The notes under the pieces are model-generated. The model was not told the DNA's origin, searched no databases, and saw only the letters and a program-made list of their open reading frames with translations. Below are positions 50,601-56,902 of a stretch of 64,000 nt of DNA, in pieces. Within the stretch, counting starts at the first letter, position 1, and each line of letters starts with the position of its first letter. The stretch comes from an uncultured Bacteroidota bacterium. GTDB taxonomy: Bacteria > Bacteroidota > Bacteroidia > Flavobacteriales > Flavobacteriaceae. The position numbers and the translations under genes are program-made. The stretch lies in assembly GCA_902518355.1 (NCBI GenBank), contig CABYFY010000003.1, positions 73,502 through 137,501 on the forward strand, read 5' to 3'.

Positions 50601-52470
50601 TCCTATTGATAATCAAATATTGTGTAATGATGAATTGACAGATCCGATTCAATTTACCACTCTAAATACCGATGGTGTTACTGAGTATAATTGGACGAAT
50701 ACAAATACTTCAATTGGATTACCATCAGCTGGAACTGGAGATATTGGTTCTTTCTCGGTTGTAAACACATCAACCAGTGTACAATCTGCAACAATTACAG
50801 TAACGCCTACATACACTAACAATGGAGTTGTTTGTTCTGGAAATTCAGAGCAATTTACTATAACTGTTAATCCTTCAGCACAAGTAAACGGTCTGGCTGA
50901 TTATAATACAATTTTATGTGACGGTGAATTTACTCCCGTATATTCGTTTAATACTGCAAATACTGATGGTTTAACAACATTTAATTGGACAAATAATAAT
51001 GTGGCTATTGGATTGGCTGATTCTGGAGAAGGTGGAATTCCTGGTTTCCAAGTTACAAATACAACGCAGTCAACTATAAGTGCAATAATAACTGTTACTC
51101 CTAGTTATGAGAATAATGGAATTACCTGTGGTGGTAATGCTGAGACATTCACTATAACAGTTAATCCATCACCAGAAATGGATAATGTTGAGGATGTTGT
51201 ACTATGTAATAATGAAATTTCTTCGATAATAGAATTTACAACTCCAAATACTGATGGTAATACCACATACACATGGACTAATGACAATACATCAATTGGT
51301 CTATCATCAACTGGAAATGGAGATATTCCTTCATTCACAGCATTAAACTTATCTCCAATCACTGAGGTAGCTACAATTACGGTAACTCCTACTTATGAAA
51401 ATAATGGAGTAGTGTGTATTGGTGATCCTCAAACATTTAGTATTAGTGTGTTAAGTGAAATTGAAATTACTGGAACAACAGTAGATGCTTTAGATTGTAA
51501 CGATCCAAATAGTGGAAACATCAACATAACAGTAACTGGAGGTTCAGGAGTTTATGATTTCCTTTGGAGTAATGGTGCAATCACTGAAGACTTGAATAAT
51601 ATTGGCCCAGGAGACTACAGTGTAACTGTAACTGACAGTGAAGGTTGTACAGCAATTTCTCAAACCTTTAACATCTTTAGACAAGACGATTTAACGGTTG
51701 AGCTAGACACTGAAATTGTCCCATTCTGTGAGAATAATCTTGTTACGCAAGAAAACAGAATAACAATTTCTGGAGGATTAGGTCCTTACACTGTTAATTG
51801 GTCAGGTGGTTCTGTAAGTATTAATGATAATACATTTATGACAGCATATCAAAATGGTTTATATAATGTACTTGTTACTGATCAATATGGTTGTCAAGTG
51901 AGTACCGATATATTAATTGACTTTGATGAGTTAGGAGAGGCTTCATTTGATTATGATAGTAATGGAAATATCGATTGTGGAGTAAGTATATTTAATGAGC
52001 TAAGCTTCGTCAATACTTCATCTGGTGATTACACAAGTGTTATATGGGATTTTGGTGATGGAAGTGCACTAGTGACTGGTGAAGTTGTGACGCATCAGTA
52101 TCTTAATTCTGGCGCATATATGGTAACACAAACTGTTGAATATAACTATGGTTGCGTTGAGGTAAACACAGTAGAAATTGAAATCACTGACGGTTATGAT
52201 ATTGTTTTACCAAATGCCTTCTCACCAAACGGAGATGGAATGAATGATACTATTAGACCAGTCTATGCTTGTGTTAATAATATTGAAATGAGTATTTATG
52301 ATACTTTTGGTTCGTTAATTTATTATGAGAATAATCTTGAACTTAACGGTTGGGATGGAAGCTTAAATGGTAAATTAGCTGAGAATGGAAATTATTTAAT
52401 TGTAGTAAAAGGTACCACAATTTATAATGAGGAAATTAATTTAAGAGGAGTGTTTGTGTTACTAAGATAA
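44650..52470 (+). CDS. 2606-aa repeat-rich cell-surface protein (SprB-like adhesin) with a T9SS type B C-terminal sorting domain
   Basis: In order: signal peptide; divergent PKD-like modules; 13 related ~96-aa modules; two SprB-type repeats (C..G.I.ITVTGGSGVYDFLWSNG...GDYSVTVTDSEGC); a PKD domain (WDFGDGS...HQY..GAY); and a type B CTD. Confidence 0.92.
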   Translation: MKRIRLTILFMFFCMLSFSQGIDIVSFNSSNEYCPGGGVSLHINPTGIFTFENAGNLQDSANNSFILEISGPGGDWSNPTILNTVYDFYTPLINGTLPAGLASGDYLLRVRSTQPAITSASTSSFTVGDCDASEISEIPSVTTNMDSNSNFTQCLNDEANVINPFIGSMNQNYNSLSGSMPSSYQFFTVDPTNSNNTISVELIDVLNGTTTTVSAISGNIYQIPADLPVGTYNFEVTETDSSGNVSVFAYTFLFHTSATIFGNASSETVCVGEEVTFTVDISNLGIGSNYMGSYYIINFGDGSAPLVYTQAELLDLYTDPVDPITHVFDQPSCNANGSSSFIVSKKLYNKGLVNSSNDPQCGSYTQNGLGASKEIATAESPQAQFNLNPEQCISEDIEAINTTIPGSYPTSSGACAGEVNYDWQVKKPSFSDFLPVSLLNPSWVVGDDLLIPASDVDEVGCWEIKLIAVNPAACLAESVYADTINIEDIPDADFNDIGDICQNEQITLTDASNIIFAECDPTLPNETPTYAWTVSPNSGYVLGNDIDGNPTSLNSQNPVITFTEVGTYTVDLTVTTECGSDTHSETFDVLGNPTVAFPIASQTYCSTNTLLVDFENQITPTYSTGFSAPTDYVWTVSGSGITNSDYTFVNGTTNSDEFPTIQLNSFGTYNITVTVGSNCDNPASDTVVITLSQTPTITNTVTSQEVCSDDASIQFDFTSDVAGTTYSWVAIENTNLTGYTESGTTAFIPSQTITNTTNSDQDLVYTITPIADGCAGTPFEYTFTIQPKPLIADKDETICNGETFNIQPTDDSPTEIVPAGTTYSWSTPVSNPVGAITGGSEAASQASISQTLTNSTDNPATLTYNVQPEFNGCKGDSFVVTVTVNPTIETDPIDDQILCNGDDTEDVSFSSTNFNDEDSESLITQSVLTITSPSIQTFSTVVGTQYRLEISGSGSVAGGSAGGLIDAAFFTSNGTPRDPLCDDSLYTSLFCDTPGLRPTPDIYDEENHTYSYPFTATSNSIYVGFTDFGPYSDNSGSFIISLYEISSASEGQVSYNWVNDNTSVGLAASGSGNIPSFTATNSTTGPITANITVTSVYTLNDVSCEGESETFSITVNPSPLVEFSEDNQFITSGDTTVPVNLSSPTDGVTFTWTATAEDGITGLTTTSGSDTIPAETLFNTTTEPLTVTYTAIATGDVGFDCEGLPTDYVVTVNPLAQVNPVEDQVVCNEENLLIEFTTNITGGTMTYTWTNDNSEIGLSNAGTGNIDITATNTTDAPISGTIVVTPSFENGGDINVGDPITFEITVNPTGQVNSVGNQIVSNGFDTSLVEFSTTNVNGTTTFSWTNDLTTIGLAASGTGDIPAFTAINTGTSPVIATITVTPTFENGGVSCTGPATPFEITVNPTAQVNPTVDMVVTDGDDIDIPFSTINTGGTSTYTWTNTDPTTGLTNTGSSDIGFTAVNTGTSPITTTVVVTPTFENGGNSNSGPTDTFIITVNPTAQIDPIDSLVFCDEDVIDPIVFTTQNTGGTTTYTWTNDNTSIGLAASGSGTISAFTALNSSNQTQVANIVVIPTFESGGVSNTGESESFTITVNPTAQVESITDLVFCDEDITDEIVFVTENTDGVTAYSWTNDNTNIGLAASGDGNIPSFASVNTSFASIVSNITVTPSYTNNGITCVGPSESFTITVNPTAQVEEISSQILCAGETSEAISFATLNTDGVTSYSWTNDNTTIGLSASGSGNISAFTVSNPFNNAIVSNITVTPTYTNNGISCDGPSETFTIIVNPTAQVDAIIDQVLCNGESTESVLFTTTNTDGATTYNWTNDNTTIGLPIAGGTGDIGGFVVTNETSESQTATFVVTPIYTNAGVSCEGQTETFSITVNPTAQVNAIEDQDLCEGEVTAPIEFTTTNTDGITTYEWTNTNPLIGLADSGIGNIPSFEVLNDAANSQNAIITVIPTYTNNGVECTGPSETFVLTVNPGAQVNPIDNQILCNDELTDPIQFTTLNTDGVTEYNWTNTNTSIGLPSAGTGDIGSFSVVNTSTSVQSATITVTPTYTNNGVVCSGNSEQFTITVNPSAQVNGLADYNTILCDGEFTPVYSFNTANTDGLTTFNWTNNNVAIGLADSGEGGIPGFQVTNTTQSTISAIITVTPSYENNGITCGGNAETFTITVNPSPEMDNVEDVVLCNNEISSIIEFTTPNTDGNTTYTWTNDNTSIGLSSTGNGDIPSFTALNLSPITEVATITVTPTYENNGVVCIGDPQTFSISVLSEIEITGTTVDALDCNDPNSGNINITVTGGSGVYDFLWSNGAITEDLNNIGPGDYSVTVTDSEGCTAISQTFNIFRQDDLTVELDTEIVPFCENNLVTQENRITISGGLGPYTVNWSGGSVSINDNTFMTAYQNGLYNVLVTDQYGCQVSTDILIDFDELGEASFDYDSNGNIDCGVSIFNELSFVNTSSGDYTSVIWDFGDGSALVTGEVVTHQYLNSGAYMVTQTVEYNYGCVEVNTVEIEITDGYDIVLPNAFSPNGDGMNDTIRPVYACVNNIEMSIYDTFGSLIYYENNLELNGWDGSLNGKLAENGNYLIVVKGTTIYNEEINLRGVFVLLR
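47296..51450 (+). repeat. array of 13 tandem ~96-aa (about 288-nt) PKD-like modules
   Basis: Each module has the pattern TVNPTAQV..I.DQ.LC.G....I.F.T.NTDG.TTY.WTNDNT.IGL..SG.G.I..F...N.......I.VTPTY.NNG..C.G....F.I. Twelve canonical modules span 47989-51450. The first module (from 47296) carries an inserted domain. Confidence 0.9.
52201..52467 (+). other. T9SS type B (gliding-motility-associated) C-terminal sorting domain
   Basis: LPNAFSPNGDGMNDT...IYDTFGSLIY...NGWDGSLNGKLAENGNYLIVV...GVFVLLR. Confidence 0.88.
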
Positions 52471-52474
52471 AATT

Positions 52475-53449
52475 ATGATGAAAAGAATTATCTTAATATT
52501 GGCAATTATATTTTCTGTGAAATCATATTCACAGGATCCTGCTTTTACTCAGTCCTTTATGGTTCCTGAAAGTATTAATCCTTCTTTCTCAGGATTTTAC
52601 GAAACAACAAAGGCTGGATTACTTTATAAAAATCAGCAATGGTCAGGTTTTGATTTTAATCTAAATTCTCAATACTTATATTTTGATGATTGGTATCCAG
52701 ATTTGAATAGTGGTGTAGGAATAAGTTTAATGAATCATCAGGAGACATTTACAAATTATTCTTTGAAGCAATTAAATTTAAGTTGGGCTTATAAGGTTCA
52801 AATCAACTACGAATGGGACTTTAGACCAAGTGTAACTTTTGGTTTTGCAACTAAAGATTTTGGATTTGACAACTTATTATTTGAAGATCAGATTAATATA
52901 TTCCAAAATATTATTAATTCAAATACATTTGATCCCATCGTTCTTGGAGAAAACGCAAGATATGTTGACATTGGGGCATCATTTTTATTTAACAATGATA
53001 ATCACTGGATTGGAATTACTTTAAGACACCTTAATAGACCAAATGTCTCAATGGTTTCACAAGGTGATATACCTCTAGACATATTTATTTCCGTACATGC
53101 ATCATTAGAATTACCTATTCTACAATACAATAGTGATAGCAGTGTATACTTCATAACAAACTTTATGAAGCAGGCCAAATATGATAGGTTCGATTTAGGC
53201 TTTCAGTATGTATTCGATAGATTCTCTTTTGCGCTTACTGCAACAACAAACCCTATTCAAACAGAAAATGAAAGTCATTTAGTTACATCGATTAATCCTA
53301 TAATTGGAATGGCTTGGGAAGGATTTAAATTTGGATATTCATATGACTTTAATTTAAGTAAAATTGGAGGAGATGGAGGTATTTCTGAATTTTCCATCAC
53401 TTATGATTTCTTAAACAACAAAGATTGTTTTGGATGTCCTGAGTACTAA
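52475..53449 (+). CDS. PorP/SprF-family type IX secretion outer-membrane protein
   Basis: Signal peptide, then the SQDPAFTQSF...INPSFSG signature. 324 aa. Starts 4 nt after the type B CTD cargo gene. Confidence 0.88.
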   Translation: MMKRIILILAIIFSVKSYSQDPAFTQSFMVPESINPSFSGFYETTKAGLLYKNQQWSGFDFNLNSQYLYFDDWYPDLNSGVGISLMNHQETFTNYSLKQLNLSWAYKVQINYEWDFRPSVTFGFATKDFGFDNLLFEDQINIFQNIINSNTFDPIVLGENARYVDIGASFLFNNDNHWIGITLRHLNRPNVSMVSQGDIPLDIFISVHASLELPILQYNSDSSVYFITNFMKQAKYDRFDLGFQYVFDRFSFALTATTNPIQTENESHLVTSINPIIGMAWEGFKFGYSYDFNLSKIGGDGGISEFSITYDFLNNKDCFGCPEY

Positions 53450-53497
53450 ATCAAAATTTATTTAAAAGAAAATATTTGTTCTAATCAAAATCAAATG

Positions 53498-53505
53498 TAT
53501 ATTTG
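53498..53505 (+). promoter_or_regulatory. candidate -7 promoter element (TAnnTTTG) for tRNA-Asp
   Basis: TATATTTG, ending 13 nt before the first tRNA nucleotide. Confidence 0.5.
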
Positions 53506-53518
53506 CTCACGCAAAAAA

Positions 53519-53595
53519 GGTCTGGTAGTTCAGTTGGTTAGAATACATGCCTGTCACGCATGGGGTCGCGGGTTCGAGTCCCGTCCAGACCGCCA
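53519..53595 (+). tRNA. tRNA-Asp (anticodon GTC), CCA encoded
   Basis: Acceptor stem GGTCTGG/CCAGACC, D-arm GTTCAGTTGGTTAGAAT, anticodon stem CATGC/GCATG with loop CTGTCAC, T-arm GCGGG-TTCGAGT-CCCGT, then GCCA. Confidence 0.95.
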
Positions 53596-53599
53596 AAAA
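53579..53599 (+). repeat. direct repeat copy 1 (TCCCGTCCAGACCGCCAAAAA) = 3' end of tRNA-Asp
   Basis: The 21-bp string is exactly repeated at 54340-54360. Confidence 0.95.
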
Positions 53600-53606
53600 T
53601 AAAATT

Positions 53607-53645
53607 AAACCCCTAATTTTCAACACTTTAGGGGTTTTGTTTTTC
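53607..53645 (+). terminator. rho-independent terminator after tRNA-Asp
   Basis: AAACCCCTAA-(loop)-TTAGGGGTTTTGTTTTT: a 7-bp GC-containing stem plus a T-tract. Confidence 0.7.
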
Positions 53646-53660
53646 TAAATAGGAATAACT

Positions 53661-53674
53661 ATAGGGATAAAAGT
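53661..53674. repeat. left arm of a 14-bp perfect inverted repeat (ATAGGGATAAAAGT)
   Basis: Its exact reverse complement ACTTTTATCCCTAT lies at 54246-54259. The two arms flank the DsrE-like ORF. Confidence 0.9.
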
Positions 53675-53706
53675 GAACGTATTAATCTACGATTTAATAT
53701 TTATCT

Positions 53707-54084
53707 TTAAAGTGTTATGACCAAATTTGGCATATTACCGCCCAATGAACTATACAATTGAGGAAAACAACCTACTTGTCCCACTTCAATCATATTTTTG
53801 GGTTGAACATTTCCAGTGCCACATTGATCAAAATCTCCATCAGCTAAATCTCTTCTAAGAGCACATTGATCACAAGCCATTATTAACATTCCACGTTCTT
53901 TGGCTACTTTGTTTAATCGCTCTCCAGTTTCATTTCCTTTTCTTAGTACATTCGCGTTTTCATCAAAAAAGAACATACCTACTACTTCAACCCCGTGGGT
54001 GTTTTGCTCTAACTGAGGTAAAATCATGGTTGCTAACTGAAATGTAGAAGCCATGTTTGTTTTAAAAATATAAGCTACTTTCAA
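53707..54084 (-). CDS. DsrE/TusD-like (sulfur-relay fold) small protein
   Basis: 125 aa. By-eye alignment to E. coli TusD: MKVAYIF / MKFAIVV, VVGMFFFDENANV / LSSVFFYREGVYN, LIMACDQCALRRDL / LNICVAAALRRGV, and C-terminus NLVITL / DRVVQF. Confidence 0.65.
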   Translation of the reverse strand: MKVAYIFKTNMASTFQLATMILPQLEQNTHGVEVVGMFFFDENANVLRKGNETGERLNKVAKERGMLIMACDQCALRRDLADGDFDQCGTGNVQPKNMIEVGQVGCFPQLYSSLGGNMPNLVITL

Positions 54085-54249
54085 ATATTATTTAGATTTG
54101 AAAATTAAGAAATGTAAAAATAATATTTTGTTGTTTAATTAAAAGTAAAAATTTAAAATTATTGATTTTGGGAGATGCTTTGTATATTTTTTTAAAAATT
54201 TGGTTCATCGGTTTTGTTAAATCGTTTATCCCCACACAGAGGATAACTT

Positions 54250-54270
54250 TTATCCCTATGGTAGGGATAA
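54250..54270. promoter_or_regulatory. 9-3-9 perfect palindrome TTATCCCTA-TGG-TAGGGATAA (candidate protein-binding site)
   Basis: Read directly, 166-186 nt upstream of the DsrE-like start codon. Its left half belongs to the 14-bp inverted repeat. Confidence 0.6.
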
Positions 54271-54339
54271 GAAAAATAAACCGAAAATGTAAAATATTGG
54301 TCATGAATGGATTACGAGGTTGGGTTTCACCGGTTTAGT

Positions 54340-54360
54340 TCCCGTCCAGACCGCCAAAAA
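54340..54360 (+). repeat. direct repeat copy 2: orphan duplicate of the tRNA-Asp 3' end
   Basis: 21/21 identity to 53579-53599. The preceding ~18 nt match the tRNA T-arm at only about 10/18 positions. No intact tRNA can be folded here. Confidence 0.9.
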
Positions 54361-54390
54361 ACCTTCTCAAATTGAGAAGGTTTTTTTATT
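54355..54390 (+). terminator. rho-independent terminator directly after the orphan tRNA 3' fragment
   Basis: AAAAAACCTTCTC-AAATT-GAGAAGGTTTTTTT: a 7-bp stem with flanking A- and T-tracts. Confidence 0.7.
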
Positions 54391-54398
54391 TTTGTGTT

Positions 54399-55547
54399 AT
54401 GAATAAAAACGGATTTATTTCCTTAATAATTATATTGCTTTTTTGTAAAGTATTAACAGCCCAGAATTTTATCAGTCAAACAATTGAGTATGATGGGAAC
54501 TCCAGGGAATATGAGTTATATATTCCAAGTAGTTACTCTCAAGATGTTTTATCTCCATTAATGTTTAATTTTCATGGTGGAAACGGTACTTCAGAAGGGC
54601 AAATTGCTATTTCTGATATGAGAAACTTAGCAGATGAAAATAATTTTATTTTGGTATATCCACAGGCAATCGCCGACCCTACTGATGATGGATCATTAAA
54701 CTGGATTTTCAAAGGTGACTCTGATCATGATGATATTTATTTTATCGATGCTTTAATTTCAGAGCTTTCAAATCAATATCAAATTGATCTTGAAAGGGTT
54801 TATGCATGTGGTTATTCTTTGGGCGGTGAATTTGTATATGAATTACTTTGTCGTTTAAACGATAAAATTGCATCAGGTGTAGCTGTTGCTAGAACGATGG
54901 GTCAATATCAATATGAAAATTGTAACCCTGAACATCCCACTGCAATAATGACAATTCTTGGAACCGAAGATTATGAATCAAATTATAATGGTGTAGTTTA
55001 TAATGGAGTAACATATTATATTTCTGCCGATGATACTCACCAGTATTGGGTAGATTTCAATAATACAGAAAATGTTCCTGTTGAAATTGAACTTCCTGAT
55101 TATAATAATAGTGATGGCTCTACTGTTACTAAGCGAATATGGGAGAACGGAGATTCATGTGTTATCGTCTCAGAATTGAGGGTAAATGGTGGTGGACATG
55201 ATTGGCCTGGAAGTTTTGGAAATATGGATATTAACTCAGATACAGAAATCTGGAATTTTGTATCAAACTTTACAATAAATGGATTAATAGATGATTGTAG
55301 TTTGAATTTAGGTAATACAAATTTAAATAGGATTAGTTATTTTCCAAATCCCGTTGAAAATCAACTCACAATTAATAATTCAACAAATAGTAAAAAATTA
55401 AAAATTACTGATATTAAAGGAAGATTAGTAAATGATTTTGATTTAGTTGAAGGAATAAACACTGTTAATCTAGATAATTTACCTGAGGGAAATTTCTTTT
55501 TTACCGTAGGAAATAAAACATTTAAGATAATAAAGGCTGCAAATTAA
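54399..55547 (+). CDS. secreted PHB-depolymerase/feruloyl-esterase-family serine hydrolase with a T9SS type A sorting domain
   Basis: Signal peptide. YELYIPSSY..PLMFNFHGG, ILVYPQA, nucleophile elbow GYSLGG. The C-terminal ~70 aa are a Por_Secre_tail (YFPNPVENQLTI...DIKGRLV...LPEGNFFFTV). ATG 54399 is preferred because 54372 lies inside the terminator hairpin. Confidence 0.85.
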   Translation: MNKNGFISLIIILLFCKVLTAQNFISQTIEYDGNSREYELYIPSSYSQDVLSPLMFNFHGGNGTSEGQIAISDMRNLADENNFILVYPQAIADPTDDGSLNWIFKGDSDHDDIYFIDALISELSNQYQIDLERVYACGYSLGGEFVYELLCRLNDKIASGVAVARTMGQYQYENCNPEHPTAIMTILGTEDYESNYNGVVYNGVTYYISADDTHQYWVDFNNTENVPVEIELPDYNNSDGSTVTKRIWENGDSCVIVSELRVNGGGHDWPGSFGNMDINSDTEIWNFVSNFTINGLIDDCSLNLGNTNLNRISYFPNPVENQLTINNSTNSKKLKITDIKGRLVNDFDLVEGINTVNLDNLPEGNFFFTVGNKTFKIIKAAN

Positions 55548-56047
55548 GTTGCAACTATTAAATTATCTCCATCAATGTTTGTTGAAAAGCAAGGCAGAGA
55601 ATTAGAGGTTTCACAAGAAGAATCATAAGTATTATTATGGCTATTACATCTGAAATTAGAACCAATCAATTGCCACTGATTTTGAGTTCCTTGATGAGGA
55701 CACACGTTTGTATATGCTTGAATGTGATCAGAGCTTATTCTTAGAAATAGCATACTAAGACCAATACTATATCCATTCATCCATCCACCCACAGACGATA
55801 GGTTTGAAAAATTAGGATGGTTTAAATCAATCGTAAAAACACTACCCGAAGAAGTATAACCTAATGGGTTATTATTGTTGTCATTATTGTCAGACCCCCC
55901 GTTTTGATCATCATTTCCTGGATTGTAATTGTCTGAATCATCTCCGGATGAGCAGGCCTCTAAAAAAGATAGTCCAAAAAAAGCAAACGCAATTGTTGGG
56001 CAAACTTTTTTTAAAAATTCACGTCTATTTTCTAATTTCTTTTTCAT
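55544..56047 (-). CDS. Tat-signal lipoprotein with a small Rieske [2Fe-2S] domain
   Basis: Twin-arginine motif NRREFLKK, lipobox LEAC, an Asn/Asp/Gly-rich linker, then CPH-(15 aa)-CNSH (nt 55637-55702). Confidence 0.8.
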   Translation of the reverse strand: MKKKLENRREFLKKVCPTIAFAFFGLSFLEACSSGDDSDNYNPGNDDQNGGSDNNDNNNNPLGYTSSGSVFTIDLNHPNFSNLSSVGGWMNGYSIGLSMLFLRISSDHIQAYTNVCPHQGTQNQWQLIGSNFRCNSHNNTYDSSCETSNSLPCFSTNIDGDNLIVAT

Positions 56048-56902
56048 TTAAAATACCCTTAAAATATTAAAACCAAAATATATTTCACCTTCTTTCCAGG
56101 ATCCTTCTGCGTCAGTCATCACAGAAACATCATCAATTGTTTGTGTGTTTGAAAAAAGCAACTGAAATACATGACCACCAGTTTCAATATCTATGCCAAA
56201 ACTCAATACATCATTAAAAGGAGATATTTCAGGTCTGTCAAGATTTGCAGAATATTCAATGTTAAATGCTAATCTGTTTGTTATTCTATAGCTCGAGGCG
56301 AAACCTAATATAAAATTATTTTCTTGCTCAAAAATTGTTTCAGTAAACCACTTCCTAGCAAAAGACGGTGACAGTTGTAATGAAATCTTGTCACTAAAAC
56401 TTTTTGACAGTAGTAGCTGACCAAAAAACAAATTTCTGTCAGAGTTGCTTAAGTTGGGATAAATGTCATCATCAAGTGATGAATTATAATTATAACTAGC
56501 ATATAAAGATGAAGTGAAGGGTAAATTAGAAGATTGAGTTGTTATGTTGTATTTAGCATTCAGAGCATATGTTTTTTTAAGTGATTCTCTACTAAAGCCA
56601 ATTTGCAGGTTATTTGATAGACCATACAATAATTCGATTTTTGTATTTGCAATATCTAAACCAAATAATGTTTTAATGCCACGGTTCACAGATCCAAATC
56701 TATGCGAAACATACAAGTATAGTTCTTTTTCACTTGCCTGTTTAGTTGATTGAGTATTAATAATTTTTATTGCTTTAAATGCACTGATTTCATTTGATGT
56801 TTTGCTCTCAGATTCACTTTCTAACTCCTTAAGTAAATTTCCCTGAGAAAACGAGAATGAGTAAATCAATAGAAGACATAAAAGTATCTTATTTTTTTTC
56901 AT
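56048..56902 (-). CDS. small outer-membrane beta-barrel protein (DUF5777-like)
   Basis: Signal peptide, alternating amphipathic strands, and a C-terminal ..NILRVF with terminal Phe. It abuts the Rieske gene and overlaps the YceI-like gene by 14 nt. Confidence 0.7.
   Translation of the reverse strand: MKKNKILLCLLLIYSFSFSQGNLLKELESESESKTSNEISAFKAIKIINTQSTKQASEKELYLYVSHRFGSVNRGIKTLFGLDIANTKIELLYGLSNNLQIGFSRESLKKTYALNAKYNITTQSSNLPFTSSLYASYNYNSSLDDDIYPNLSNSDRNLFFGQLLLSKSFSDKISLQLSPSFARKWFTETIFEQENNFILGFASSYRITNRLAFNIEYSANLDRPEISPFNDVLSFGIDIETGGHVFQLLFSNTQTIDDVSVMTDAEGSWKEGEIYFGFNILRVF

Noticed and set aside
47296-51450. Regular ~288-nt periodic repeats, and the 15-bp repeats at 38686..38820, considered as possible CRISPR arrays.
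   Set aside because: Both sit inside long ORFs and encode conserved protein modules. There is no repeat-spacer alternation and there are no cas genes.
54225-54270. TTATCC-containing motifs (TTATCCCCA, TTATCCCTA) resembling DnaA boxes (TTATCCACA) next to an AT-rich stretch, considered as a possible oriC.
   Set aside because: No copy matches the consensus exactly. The recurrent 9-mer differs at two positions. No dnaA/dnaN or other origin-linked genes are nearby. The motifs are better explained as an inverted-repeat system flanking the cassette.
54092-54304. 70-aa minus-strand ORF in the non-coding part of the tRNA-flanked segment.
   Set aside because: The sequence is extremely AT-rich and the predicted peptide is Ile/Phe/Lys/Asn-rich with no motif. 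It spans the palindrome region. It is most likely non-coding, although a tiny hydrophobic peptide cannot be excluded.
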